A stretch of 64,000 nucleotides of DNA, from NCBI GenBank assembly GCA_032718475.1, contig JAUCBJ010001066.1, positions 7,066-71,065 of the forward strand, read 5' to 3'. This DNA is from Nemertoderma westbladi (taxonomy: Eukaryota; Animalia; Xenacoelomorpha). This document shows positions 49,501 to 58,439 of the stretch, piece by piece. Under the pieces are notes generated by a model. That model searched no databases and had not been told where the DNA came from. It saw only the letters and a program-made list of their open reading frames with translations. Within the stretch, counting starts at the first letter, position 1, and each line of letters begins with the position of its first letter. A program made the position numbers and the translations under genes.

Positions 49501-51116
49501 AAATAATTGGTTCAAGTTGTAAGACACCGAATCAAACAAGACAATTGGTTTCGATGTCGAATAATGGGGTACCAATACCCAAGTTGAGTGTAGTTCCTCC
49601 TAAGTGGGAGTTTCGAAAGAACTTTTTTAGCTGTCGTGTTGTAAATGACTGGAACAACCTCCCTCAAGAGACACAATTTCAAAAAAGATACGACAAGTTT
49701 ATTAATTTTATAATTAAAGAAGATTTCTAAAGACGTTTAAGCATTAAAAACGTTCAATAAACAAAATAGTAATAAAATAAAATAAAAAAATGCAAAATAG
49801 TGCAATAAACCTATATATTATTATATTATTATCATATTTTGACTAGGTGAGGGGGACATAATCCTCTAGCAGATGTTTACCCACCTAGGACCAAATCTGC
49901 TAGCAGCGAGGGGATTTATGTTAGCCTGATTGATATAAACGGAGGGCGGACTTTTCTAACCAAAGTTGTTTTCTTCAGGGCCTTGCTGCGGATAATAAAC
50001 GACTGGGCTGTTATTTCTGTAACGATGTCGTCGCACCTGGCGACTCTACCAGGGATCGAACTCTCGACCAACAATGCACCGTCAGCCGACCTGGTCTATC
50101 TATGCTCACTGCCGCGCTCGCTGTAGAACTCTTTGTCTCCGTATTGCAGCACCCTCTACAGGCAAGTTTACGAACTCTGTATTAGAAGCTCGATGAAAAT
50201 TGATAAACTACATACAGAAAGGCTATTTAACTAAATTTCCGCAATAATAATAATTAATTTTAAACCAAATTTAAATTCTAAAATAAATTCTAACCCTAAC
50301 CTTATATAGCTATTATTTATATACACACACACTGCTAAGGCTAACTACAGTACTTTATCTAAATCCTGCTTAATGGCTACAGTAGTTCACTAACTATTTC
50401 CAGTTTGGTTCCCAGATTTGACTCCCCTTTGTTTCCTTAGGGTTTAGCACCCGCTATATCTTCAGCCAATGACACCCATCTAATGGTTGAACCCTGTTGT
50501 TTCCTTAGGGTTTGGCACCCGCTATATCTTCAGCCAATGACACCCATCTAATGGTTGAACCCTGTTGTTTCCTTAGGGTTTGGCACCCGCTATATCTTCA
50601 GCCAATGACACCCATCTAATGGTTGAACCCTGTTGTTTCCTTAGGGTTTGGCACCCGCTTTATCTTCAGCCAATGACACCCATCTAATGGTTGAACCCTG
50701 TTGTTTCCTTAGGGTTTAGCACCCGCTATATCTTCAGCCAATGACACCCATCTAATGGTTGAACCCTGTTGTTTCCTTAGGGTTTGGCACCCGCTATATC
50801 TTCAGCCAATGACACCCATCTAATGGTTGAACCCTGCACCCCATTGGGCGTCATTCCTCATTCAATTCGCGGATTCCTCTCCCGATTCCAAACAATTCTT
50901 CCTCTGAGTTTCGCCTTCTCAGCCTGCGTGGGCTGCAGCGCTCCCGTGATTGACAGCTACAACACGGACGGGTTTGACTTCCTCATTAAGGTCTTCAATG
51001 ATTCTGACTTTCTGGAACAACTCACCGGATTGGCTGCTATGAAGGCGGACACCCTGAGTGATGACCTTATTGCTCTCAGTGACTCTGAGGATGATGACCC
51101 ACCTAATATGTTATAG
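16206..51116 (+). CDS. ATG7: Autophagy E1-like enzyme ATG7, whole gene span; join(16206..16544,17146..17747,21932..22137,43919..44085,45882..46103,49979..50161,50781..51116), about 684 aa
   Basis: Seven exons join with compatible phases (0,2,1,0,0,0), total 2055 nt including stop; motifs [79 protein letters not shown]. Confidence 0.95.
17146..17747 (+). CDS. ATG7: ATG7 exon 2
   Basis: Acceptor CCCTTAG|GAC; [34 protein letters not shown]; donor CG|GTTAGT, phase 2. Confidence 0.92.
17725..21846 (+). repeat. 29-bp (28-29) tandem array spanning the ATG7 exon 2 donor site, about 142 units
   Basis: (AGTGCGTCCATGGACTCCCCGCG|GTTAGT)n; first unit is the last 23 nt of exon 2 plus GTTAGT. Confidence 0.97.
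21932..22137 (+). CDS. ATG7: ATG7 exon 3 (ThiF adenylation domain start)
   Basis: Acceptor CACAG|A; [31 protein letters not shown]; donor G|GTAAAG, phase 1. Confidence 0.94.
23264..24415 (-). repeat. 3' LTR (1152 bp)
   Basis: Matches 41096-42260 apart from about 6 substitutions seen by eye and a 13-bp indel (GGGGTGTCTGACT). Confidence 0.93.
24886..26030 (-). pseudogene. Frameshifted accessory ORF(s) of unknown function in the 3' internal region of the LTR element
   Basis: Overlapping minus-strand ORFs 24886..25368 and 25194..25586, with coding-like sequence continuing to about 26030; no motif recognised. Confidence 0.4.
26861..27110. repeat. Diverged direct duplication, period about 166 bp
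   Basis: TCTGGGGAC...TGATTCTA..A.TTTGTCTTT.AAG...ATCGGT....C..CGATATCTTAATCGACTAGAAT at about 26861 and 27027. Confidence 0.6.
27657..29400 (-). CDS. BEL/Pao polyprotein part 2: zinc knuckles, aspartic protease, fused RNase H C-terminal fragment; no RT or integrase
   Basis: [40 protein letters not shown]; [12 protein letters not shown]; ILIGQN; RTRVGW; then [26 protein letters not shown]; frame is open upstream of 29342 and overlaps the gag end. Confidence 0.88.
29378..32317 (-). CDS. BEL/Pao gag-like protein (DUF1759-like capsid region) with long N-terminal coiled-coil/low-complexity extension, 979 aa
   Basis: [12 protein letters not shown]...[18 protein letters not shown]...WDTLNIRYG...[10 protein letters not shown]; A/E/K-rich helical repeat. 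Confidence 0.85.
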   Translation of the reverse strand: MSDTKQNLSDSLLDATICDSDKGVEPSTPKFSSPPTVRKVIPPVVITEPRLVQHHRSIIGTRAQVKRDQEAAEQQQPASQELISQRPDSSSSEDTVELTPERGARMTDAVYSDPLLILPAAVLTRLLIAVEEHQIDWARSKRSTKDSYEGYTREELKSMVESQWNFPGPGLPFDLSEAAWEDIHRMGVAKETIDPAVWKRSAAGYAQGFFSSMERVKEQLFQQPQGPQEQGQLLYQVRERILRIRLILSAFEEASKRRQDTSLQVAVKTWFQRVSLQVQGTAQWKAQLEERSTHGESTDATFSQVESEATAEKPHKRDAIDIYLSDYQRFLGDEELRRRLDGLSPNSEGAQHVLDAIDVDRLAANQAKFDEQLRIARDQEERVKKKRIEDRKKAAVAAAEAERKAAEEESKAAKMERKAAVAAAAAAAEAEAKRKAAEMERKAAMAAAEAEQIAAEEIAQLELENIQENQDCINKQLTASNMQMMNRSTPKRQGYTSSEEGDTTDTEGKGNRSHLSRRKRTSHRQKLPDLPPAVRRQLNNTNLGSTEPTDQIITIERLPTIVDEPEIIRPVPEATLSVVETPVLPEPTSKFPLHSTKLPVPSRTAHETVHALDSERNIHDLSPVVPRPPATTLANPASAVEWVDERRRGMDLLLGQMQETVQQFKGTVRESRLELQEVQQSIAFERDKLVNLQKGIPPPPVTMCQPVRSEVSHAQGVEPTRIYTASEVETPIVNPIQGDYKPVDNNIPYRPDHNPRNLYTDNSIFNNTMAQESFTRQMARTEARQAVKVGEIVKFNGDEMKWLPFNEYYKDNIQNSVLSNGEKLRYLIECLEGPPKLMALKFIGHPDGLRQVWDTLNIRYGNRNNIARYLYAKLMAPRKFLSSGIIEFSDEIQEICRQLDWLGKSHEYQNSMVVGALASTLPKGGVGTRWDKKVLYMMEQQRRDPTMADLMSFLDGEVKLQREAQRAERSAERRHWKTR
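32471..35022 (+). mobile_element. Helitron/Helentron-like non-autonomous element copy A (32471-33366 plus 34643-35022), interrupted by copy B
   Basis: 5' TCCACGAAGCTAAGGAAAA, partial inverted repeat TTTTCCTTAGCT, 3' sub-terminal inverted repeat TTTTCCTTAGCTTCGTGG, hairpin GCATTTCC-TTTA-GGAAATGC, end CTCG|T; halves sum to 1276 bp. Confidence 0.8.
33367..34642 (+). mobile_element. Helitron/Helentron-like copy B (1276 bp) nested in copy A
   Basis: Inserted at ACAAGT|TAATAG of copy A, no target-site duplication. Confidence 0.8.
35142..36414 (+). mobile_element. Helitron/Helentron-like copy C
   Basis: Same termini; flanks (CTTATAG upstream, TATATATAAGTA...CAGAATACCGGTATGATTTCAGC downstream) match those of copy A. 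Confidence 0.8.
36682..37963 (+). mobile_element. Helitron/Helentron-like copy D
   Basis: A|TC...hairpin...CTAG|T termini, as in canonical Helitrons. Confidence 0.82.
38095..39554 (+). mobile_element. Helitron/Helentron-like copy E (to 39347) with a tandemly duplicated 3' end (period 207 bp, to 39554)
   Basis: A|TC start; CTAG|T at 39344-39347 and again at 39551-39554; 3' third diverged from copies A-D. Confidence 0.8.
40229..40800. repeat. Diverged about 290-bp tandem duplication in the LTR-element leader
   Basis: ACGCTAC.CGTACA.ACTAC...ATGCAGACTCCGAAATG...TTCTAACCCAGTAGTACGACTTATTCTTT at about 40229 and 40519. Confidence 0.75.
41096..42260 (-). repeat. 5' LTR (1165 bp)
   Basis: TG...CA direct repeat of 23264-24415, followed by TSD GTGAA. 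Confidence 0.93.
43919..44085 (+). CDS. ATG7: ATG7 exon 4 (absent from the ORF track)
   Basis: Acceptor TTTGCAG|TC; (V)[46 protein letters not shown]; donor CAG|GTAGGG. Confidence 0.93.
44034..45847 (+). repeat. 58-bp tandem array spanning the ATG7 exon 4 donor site, about 31 units
   Basis: (ACTCAGTGTACCAATGCCGGCCCACACACTGGCTGACTCAATGGTAGAACAG|GTAGGG)n; 52 nt exon plus 6 nt intron. Confidence 0.97.
45882..46103 (+). CDS. ATG7: ATG7 exon 5
   Basis: Acceptor TTTTATAG|GTG; [34 protein letters not shown]; donor CAG|GTAAAG. Confidence 0.94.
46402..47316 (-). CDS. CPPED1: Calcineurin-like phosphoesterase CPPED1-like, intronless, nested antisense in ATG7 intron 5
   Basis: [66 protein letters not shown]. 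Confidence 0.93.
   Translation of the reverse strand: MSDTVMEELQHKAINRSLDHIGLSKESEGEWRGGFSFIQAADTQLGLIDDFNVDRMQSELRNDLVWDEELARVARLVDTVNRMDPSPRFLIVCGDQVHGYPWMKQRGAMERDFISAFRKLRPEVPLLCVCGNHDVGESPTPQTIAQYRRTFGDDYYSFWVGGVAMVVLNSQLYMDDSKASAERLGMDQWVDRVLAGIKGCKQALVFQHIPYYLGDIDSPRNSDKSKYFSLPMELRKPMLDKFKQAGVTAVFCGHYHRNAVSSWNGVEQIVTSAVSLQIGDDKPGYRLVTVTQTGINHQYCSLTN
47580..47690 (+). repeat. Short dispersed repeat, second copy at about 53542-53645
   Basis: CACGTTCGTGGGGCCTTCGCGCAGCACGAGGC.CAGTTAT.AGA.ACAAATTAA shared between the two sites. Confidence 0.7.
47824..48125. repeat. About 154-bp direct duplication
   Basis: CAATATG..AAGCCAGGTGGTTTATA...AACGCAGTACTCGT...TAAACGCAG.CT..GACGATCTTTATA twice. Confidence 0.7.
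49340..49700 (+). mobile_element. Degenerate CR1/L2-type LINE 3' fragment
   Basis: Translations [29 protein letters not shown] and [17 protein letters not shown]. Confidence 0.7.
49979..50161 (+). CDS. ATG7: ATG7 exon 6 with catalytic cysteine (TGC at 50075), GC donor
   Basis: Acceptor TTCTTCAG|GGC; [32 protein letters not shown]...[12 protein letters not shown]; donor CAG|GCAAGT. Confidence 0.94.
50429..50836 (+). repeat. 68-bp tandem array spanning the ATG7 exon 7 acceptor site, 6 units
   Basis: TTGTTTCCTTAG|GGTTT(G/A)GCACCC...GAACCCTG; AG ends at 50440, 50508, 50576, 50644, 50712, 50780. Confidence 0.96.
50781..51116 (+). CDS. ATG7: ATG7 exon 7 (terminal), using the last acceptor of the array
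   Basis: [15 protein letters not shown]...FSACVGCS...FLEQLTGL, acidic tail, TAG at 51114-51116. Confidence 0.9.
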   Translation, partial: GLAPAISSANDTHLMVEPCTPLGVIPHSIRGFLSRFQTILPLSFAFSACVGCSAPVIDSYNTDGFDFLIKVFNDSDFLEQLTGLAAMKADTLSDDLIALSDSEDDDPPNML

Positions 51117-54100
51117 TTATAAAGAACACTTTGAACCAAATAACTGGGTGCTATCTAGTGTAATTTAGTTAAAATTGTTATTAAAGTTTGATTTTATTTC
51201 ATTTCTATGTTTTACCTGAGGTAATTTAATTGTTTCCTATGACAACATATCGCTTACAGTAAGTTATAAATAAATTATCAAACTAACGTTATATTCATCA
51301 ACAACCTTTTCAGATTTTTTCACAATAATTAATTAATTGTGCTGTAATTTCTCCTACTATTGGTCAGTTTATCCCACCCATCGTTATCCTCTCTAAATGT
51401 GTTTTTTTTCCAATTCACCAATGTTCATGTAATAGATATAATAATATGTATGAAGCACATATCCATCAAATAATCACATAATCCAATAGCGAAGTATTGT
51501 TAGTTGTTGCTGCAACAACTTACTATACTTCGCTATTGGATGAACAGCTGTCTACACGTGTCGCACTAGGCTGCCGCTCCAGATGTGTTGTGAATAATGT
51601 AATGGCCAATTGCTTCTCGTTCAGTAGATATAATATTCCATCTTCTGCAGGAATGAATAGAAGGTGAATTACGGTAAAAACAGCGGTAAAATAAAGTGGT
51701 CGGTGAACGTGGGAAGCACGAAACAACGGGGGCACCCAGCTCTCTCTTGGCTGTTACCAATAAGGAAAGGAGGGCGTCACACTAACTCCAAAGGGTCAAC
51801 ACTCGACAAACAACCCTTTATTTACTCCCCATTGTGCCACTGGGTTTGCCTAAGCAATAATGTATAAAGTGTCTTGCTTAATAGGGACAAAGGAGTACGA
51901 AATTTCAACAGGCTTTAGTTGGATTTGGAGCTGCTGGACGTTGAACTTAAACCATAGAAGAACCCATCATGGTGGGGCAACGTTTTATACCATTATGTTG
52001 GAAGGCTAGTTGGGTGAACCAAAAATTAATATGTGTTTTCCTTTATCTCCCCACATTGTATGTATTTTAAGGTAATAGTTCTGGGGAACCTAAAATATTG
52101 AGTTCCCTTCGTATTGTTTACAGAAATGGCTTGTCTTTAATTGGATATATGATATGAGGATAAGATACTGGTTAGCTGATGCCATATTGAGCTCACAGGG
52201 TGCGACTGCATTAATGCGTATCAAATAATGGATTTTCAGGATTTTTAGCATTGCCGTACAAAAGGCCAATGGCATAAGTGTATTAGTTGAAACTCTATCA
52301 CGATGTATTATTTCCCAGGAAATATTGAATATTATATCATTCCCTAAGGGTGTATGTAGATCATCCGTTTACCAATGGTGATGAGAGGTGATTGATGGAA
52401 GGATAGTGAAATACAGTATGTTGTCAAATATCATTTACGAGACTTTATGGGACTTCGTACAAACATTATTCTTCCAACAGTATGATGATATGCTCGTAAA
52501 AGATACGGCATAAGTCATAATACATATAAACATATTTTTTCTTTAAATTGTGTAACCCCGTCCGTCATATTTTACAATAATATCTTGGCACTAAAAAATT
52601 CTCAAATTTATTGTGTTTTAATCATCCGATCCATTTAATATCTCATTAATATGACAAATTTTGATTGATTGTTAAATTACATGCGACTTCTGGGTGGCAA
52701 TTTCATTCAAGAAACCCGATTCAGGTTTGGGTGCTACACTCCGAGTAGGTAGCTCCGTGATTAAACATTAACAACAAGATAATGAAAATGTGTTGTGTGA
52801 CCAATCACAGGCCAGAAACACCCAGAGAGGGGGGGGGGGGGGGGGGGGAGGGGGGCTACCAAATAAACATATCTAACTTTATGCCGTATCCGTATATGTA
52901 GGCTACATACGCGTATGTGCCTAAATAAGTATATTCCTGCATTTCCGTCCTGCGAATACTTCTTTTCAAATTTCCCTCCTTATTATGGGATAAAGTCTAA
53001 ACAAAGTTTGACGGGTAGAGGTCGCAATTCCACTTCCAAAAATAGTGATTTAAATCCGATTTAAGTGATGTTGGAGCGGTTTTACAACTTTGTCGATGTA
53101 GGATAAATATTCCAAGTTGAGGAATATTTATTTTCTTTAAATGATTGCGCCATCGCGTTTTTCATGATTCATCTCGCCAAGTAACCAACTAATTATCCTT
53201 TACCTACACTAATCCATCGCGGATCATGCAATAATCCATTGGGTCAAACTTCCTTAATTAGCTTCTCAGGAGGGAAGTGATTAGTTTTGTTTTGGTAATT
53301 GGCCTATTTGTGCCATCACAATTACGGATATGCTGTCAGTGGTACAGTACCATTTGTTTAGCAATCTCAATAATCTGTATATATTGTATTGCAGTTTGGG
53401 AATACTTTTTGTGTGGTAATAAAATAATTAACACTGGTCTGGAGACGACACAGGATACTTAGTATAAGGCAGCGGCCATTTTTTTCAAATATTATTATTT
53501 ATTATGTAGTTATAATGATTATATAATGTAGGAGGAAGAAGACACGTTCGTGGGGCCTTCGCGCAGCACGAGGCTCAGTTATTAGACACAAATTAAGATT
53601 GAACGATATTATCACAAAAACCGTATTTAAGAAATTTACCGCTAATTAATCAAAGAGAGGTGGAAGTCTCTTTTTAAACTGTTAAATTTTTCCTTTGGTT
53701 TGGTAATTCTGAAGCTATACTGGTTTTCAAGGTCGCTGATCACGATACAACTCGTTAAAAATCATTCGTGGTAAAGCAATTATCATTTATGGTGCTTTCT
53801 GGTGGGACGTAAAATACAAGTAGCATAAAATTTCAAACGACAAAAAGCGAATTTGGTTGGATAATACGATATATTTGAGTTTTATAATCGTGATCAGCAT
53901 CCTAAGTAACCTCTAAATACCGCAATTAAATGAATTTTAGTGAATTATAAATTCTTTTGAAAATGAAAGGGGCCACAGCACAACAACTAACATAGCCATG
54001 TAAATGGTTTTTGCTTTGTTGGGTAGCCCATTAAATTTTAGGAAAAGTCACTAAGGCAAGGCCCGATGGACACAATGAGCTTTCATCGTTCTTCTTTAAT

Positions 54101-54489
54101 CACCCATCTATCATCTTTCATCATTTCTAATTTTAGAAAACACTGCCGTCTATGGAGACATTCACACAACGTCTTCAATTTTCAATTTCAATTTTATTTT
54201 TTCCTTTCAACAATTTCCTAGATTGCATACAATCAAAAACAAAACATTGGATGAAGGTGATGGTGATGACAGAGTAGCAGACAATTGCGTAGCTAGTATA
54301 GCCTGCTACTCCGACAGGAAATTTATGGGTTGGGTGGGGGGATAGTGTAGCAGTAGCATTCTGGGATAGAAGACTCTGAGATGCAATAAATGGTAGCGAC
54401 TGTAATAAAAGATCGACAAGCCGATAAGCCGGCACAGCATTCTTAAAAATGCAGCTGCAATGCAGCATGCCGATCCTAGTAGTAGTAAT

Positions 54490-55920
54490 AAAAGATACGT
54501 GGTGAGATATAAAAAGTGGACATAGGCCTAACTACAGGGATATTAACAGGTGTGATTTATACGCTGACGAAAATGCTTCTTTTTAATTTGAGTGTTTTAA
54601 TTTAGATGATAGTGCGTTCCAAATTGAATAATTCATAGATGCTTCGTCGGAAGTTAGGCGGACCTTCGGAATAGAGAAACCATCGGTTAGGCGAGTAGCA
54701 AGGCGAGTTGTGTATCTGTGTACAGAGGAAATTGTAGTGAGGTTTAAATAGGTTAGCATTTATATCGTACATGAGGGATCCTACTTGGTGTTTATAGAGG
54801 AGGTCAATAGGTTGAATGCCGAGAGACTTATAGATAGGTTTAGAAGAAGCTCGGCAGTGCGAGAAAGTAATACAGCGGAGGAGTTTGTTTATTTTTATAC
54901 GTAGGGGTTGTAGGGTAGAAGAATGGGTTTTGCCCCAGAGTAGAATGCCATATAATAAATAGGGGTGTACAGGTGAAAAATCTAGTTTGCGAAGTATACG
55001 AAGGGGAAATATGTGGCGCAGTTTGTAGAATATTCTGGAGGTTCTAGACGTAATATGTTTGATGTGAGATTTCCAGTTTAAGTTGTCATCTACTAGAACC
55101 CCTAGAAATTTAGAATGTGGTTTTCGAGTAATGGGGAATGGTTAATTAGTATTGGGTCGTATTAGTGGGTATTAGGGTAGTTAGAGTATAGCATATTCAG
55201 TCTTAGATAGGTTGAGAGATAGACGGTTGTCTGATAGCCAATCCGCAATCTTAGATAATTCAGAGTTAGTTATGGTGATTAAAGAGTCAAGATTAGGTTT
55301 AGCTATATGAAGAGTTGTGTCGTCAGCAAATAATGTTGAGATTAGTGAGGTAGCATTGGGAAGGTCGTTAATATACAATAGGAATAGGTTTGGCGAAATA
55401 GTGGCGCCTTGTGGGACACCACATGTAATAGGTAGACTAGAAAAATGGTGGTTACCAATTGAAACAAATTGGGTTCTAGAATCTAGGAAGCTTGAGAGTA
55501 GTTGTTGCGGTATTCCCTAGATACCATAGGAGTTTAGCTTAGAGGTTAGGATAGAGTGATCAATAGTGTCGAAAGCCTTTTTTAGATCTATATATATAGC
55601 ACTTGTGTGTAGTTTTTGATCTAGGTATTTGTGAATATTCAATAACAACGGATAGCAGAGCATGGGATGTTGTAGATTTAGGGCGAAAGCCGAATTGAGA
55701 ATTAGACAATATGGAATATTTTTTTAGGTACGAAAGTAGTTGGTTATTAATTATGGATTCGTACAGTTCGTTAATTACGGGTAGAAGAGAAATAGGTCGG
55801 TAGTTATTAGTGTCCGATGGGTCGGCACTCTTGAATACGGGAATGACTTTGGCCGATTTAAGAGCCTTAGGGAAGAAGGCTTGAGTTATCGATAGGTTAA
55901 TTAGGTGAGATAGGGCTGCC
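54490..55920 (-). mobile_element. Degenerate CR1/L2-type LINE RT fragment
   Basis: Minus-strand AKVIPVFKS..NYRPISLL, QFGFR, IDLKKAFDTIDH, CGVPQG, YINDLP..LFADDT, KFLG; frameshifts. Confidence 0.85.
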
Positions 55921-57672
55921 TCATGGGTCGTGGTAAAATCACATCCTCGAGTCCACTATCTGCCATCAAGGTCCCAATACAACTAACTAATGAAACTCAA
56001 TAGTGTGTGCTTTCCGCCTAATTTAGGAATGAAATTTTCAAATCATTCGGGGTACATCCATATTATTTGTACTGTTATCTTATAGAGTTGCTGATCTTTG
56101 GTAAATATTGTTTCAGTTTGACCACATTGATGGGTGAGTCGTTGGCCTTCAGTCACAGCTGTTAACATTGTGAACTAAAATACTTACCTAAATGTAATTC
56201 ATCTACAATAGTTCCTGTGAATATCAACGACCTTTGAATCTTATTTAGAATCATTGTCTAGTCTACATAGCAACAGTTATCATGGTAACTGTGGCCAGAA
56301 ACCAAGTTCAATAATACGGTTGTCATATTAACTGTGATTCGAATACAAGTTCTGTATGCGATATACTGAGGGAATATGTTGATACTGAGGTCGCATAATG
56401 GTTAAGTTGGTGTTTGCTATAGCGTGAACCGAAGATTACTGCCCCTAGCAACGGTTGCCAGGGTAACAGTGGTTTGAAAATAAGCTCATCGAATTCGCAA
56501 TCATTGATTTATTCAAGTTTGGGGTAAATCCTGTAACCATTGTGTGTTTAAAACATGGCAGCTGCAGATAAACACCCCGGTAACCATGGTAACACGGTTT
56601 ATGAGAAATGCTCAAGGTTGTAGGGGCGACACCCTCCTAAATATTGTTCAGCAGGGTCTAATGAGTAGGCCTACAAAACCGATGAAACATTTTATGGGTA
56701 TAAAAATACACGGTTCACCAAAATTTGTGCTATTTGCTGCCGGACTATTATTATCATCCTTCTCTTAACAGTATAGTTTACCTATAACTCATTGCATTCA
56801 TATTTTCTGATTATTTGGATGAATCCAAAATATACACGTTATCTTTCTCATCCATTCTATACTGTAGGGAAACAACCCACTAGCGATATCTTCATACTAG
56901 CGATCCATTTTCTTACAAGTTATAAGAAAATACGTACGATATATCTTTAAAAAATAAATTTTAATAAAATTGCAAATACATAAAGTTTATAATGATAAAA
57001 TTTTAAGTTGCTAGGCAATATATTTACTTGAATGATGAAAGATGAAAGCTCATGTGTGCATCGGGCCTTAATCTCGGTTTTCCCAACTAATCTGACTCAA
57101 AGATACATATAAATTACAAAAAAATTATAAAATGACCCGGTAAATGAATATAAAATATATAAAACTCAACTTAAACTTATGTATTCTTATATATTATACA
57201 CTTACTCATGGATTTACTTGAATAATTTATGATACCGCTGCAATAAATTTCGAGATTTGCATAATAAACATATGGAGAAACTGTAATAAGTGTGAAAATA
57301 AGTCAATAAAACGATCGATAATATGTTTGTGACTTTCAAGGCTGTAGTCATAGTAGGGGTAGTGCACTTCATGTCAGGCAACTCTTCTCCAAACATCCAA
57401 TCACCGTTGACATAGCAACAAGGACATTAAATGTGACAGATGCTACAACGCAATACATTCAGGGGGATAGAGACAAATTGAAATATTTCAAAACGTAATC
57501 ACATTCCCGAGGTCGACATATTTTTCCAATGCCATATATTCATATAATATTTGTACATAGATTACTTTAATGATTTTGTTCCATACCTTAACATAGGAAG
57601 TTCTTCTGGAAAAGGATATAGTATACCGGTAGTTTTAATCATTAGCGATCGGAGATTTATTAACTAAATGTA

Positions 57673-58260
57673 ATGGAAATATTCAGCGCTATTCGTAATA
57701 AATTTGGTAAAGGGGATGGGGTTAAAAATTTAGGTGCCGGAGAAAACGCACCAATAGCTGATGGACAAAAATCTGTGGCAAGAAATCCGTCAGTATTTGA
57801 AGTTATTGATGGTCCTGAAGGAAGCAAGAGTAAGCCAGAAGAGGAAAGTGAAGGAGGCCAATCAGATAAAGAAAAGGTTTCTGTAATATCCGAAGATAAA
57901 GGTATATCTGATGCAGCAACACAGGAAGAGAACAGAACTCCAGAGTCAACTGAAAAGAAAGAAGATGTCACTACAGTCCCCAGTGAACAGAAAGAAGATG
58001 TCACTACAGTCCCCAGTGAACAGAAAGAAGATGTCACTACAGACCCCAGTGAACAGAAAGAAGATGTCACTACAGTCCCCAGTGAACAGAAAGAAGATGT
58101 CACTACAGTCCCCAGTGAACAGAAAGAAGATGGTACTACAATACCCAGTGATGAGAAAGAAGATGTCACTACAGTCCCCAGTGAACAGAAAGAAGATGGT
58201 ACTACAATACCCAGTGAAAAGAAAGAAGAAGATTCTCCACCTGCTAACGAAGAAGTTTAG
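57673..58260 (+). CDS. Hypothetical acidic, disordered protein with 8 x 11-aa repeat (KEDVTTVPSEQ)
   Basis: 195-codon ATG-initiated ORF in AT-rich context; 33-bp repeat at 57958-58221 is frame-preserving; no family recognised. Confidence 0.5.
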   Translation: MEIFSAIRNKFGKGDGVKNLGAGENAPIADGQKSVARNPSVFEVIDGPEGSKSKPEEESEGGQSDKEKVSVISEDKGISDAATQEENRTPESTEKKEDVTTVPSEQKEDVTTVPSEQKEDVTTDPSEQKEDVTTVPSEQKEDVTTVPSEQKEDGTTIPSDEKEDVTTVPSEQKEDGTTIPSEKKEEDSPPANEEV

Positions 58261-58439
58261 AGTAAATATAATGTAGACTAGAAAAACTATCACATCATTG
58301 TACATGTATTCGAGCCCCTTTATTGCATAAGCAGATAAATTTATTTTACTAATTATTATCAAGTTTTGAAACAGAGTTTATACCAAATAATACATTTAAA
58401 TTATATTTATCTATAATCGGCATGCTTGGATTGCAGTTT

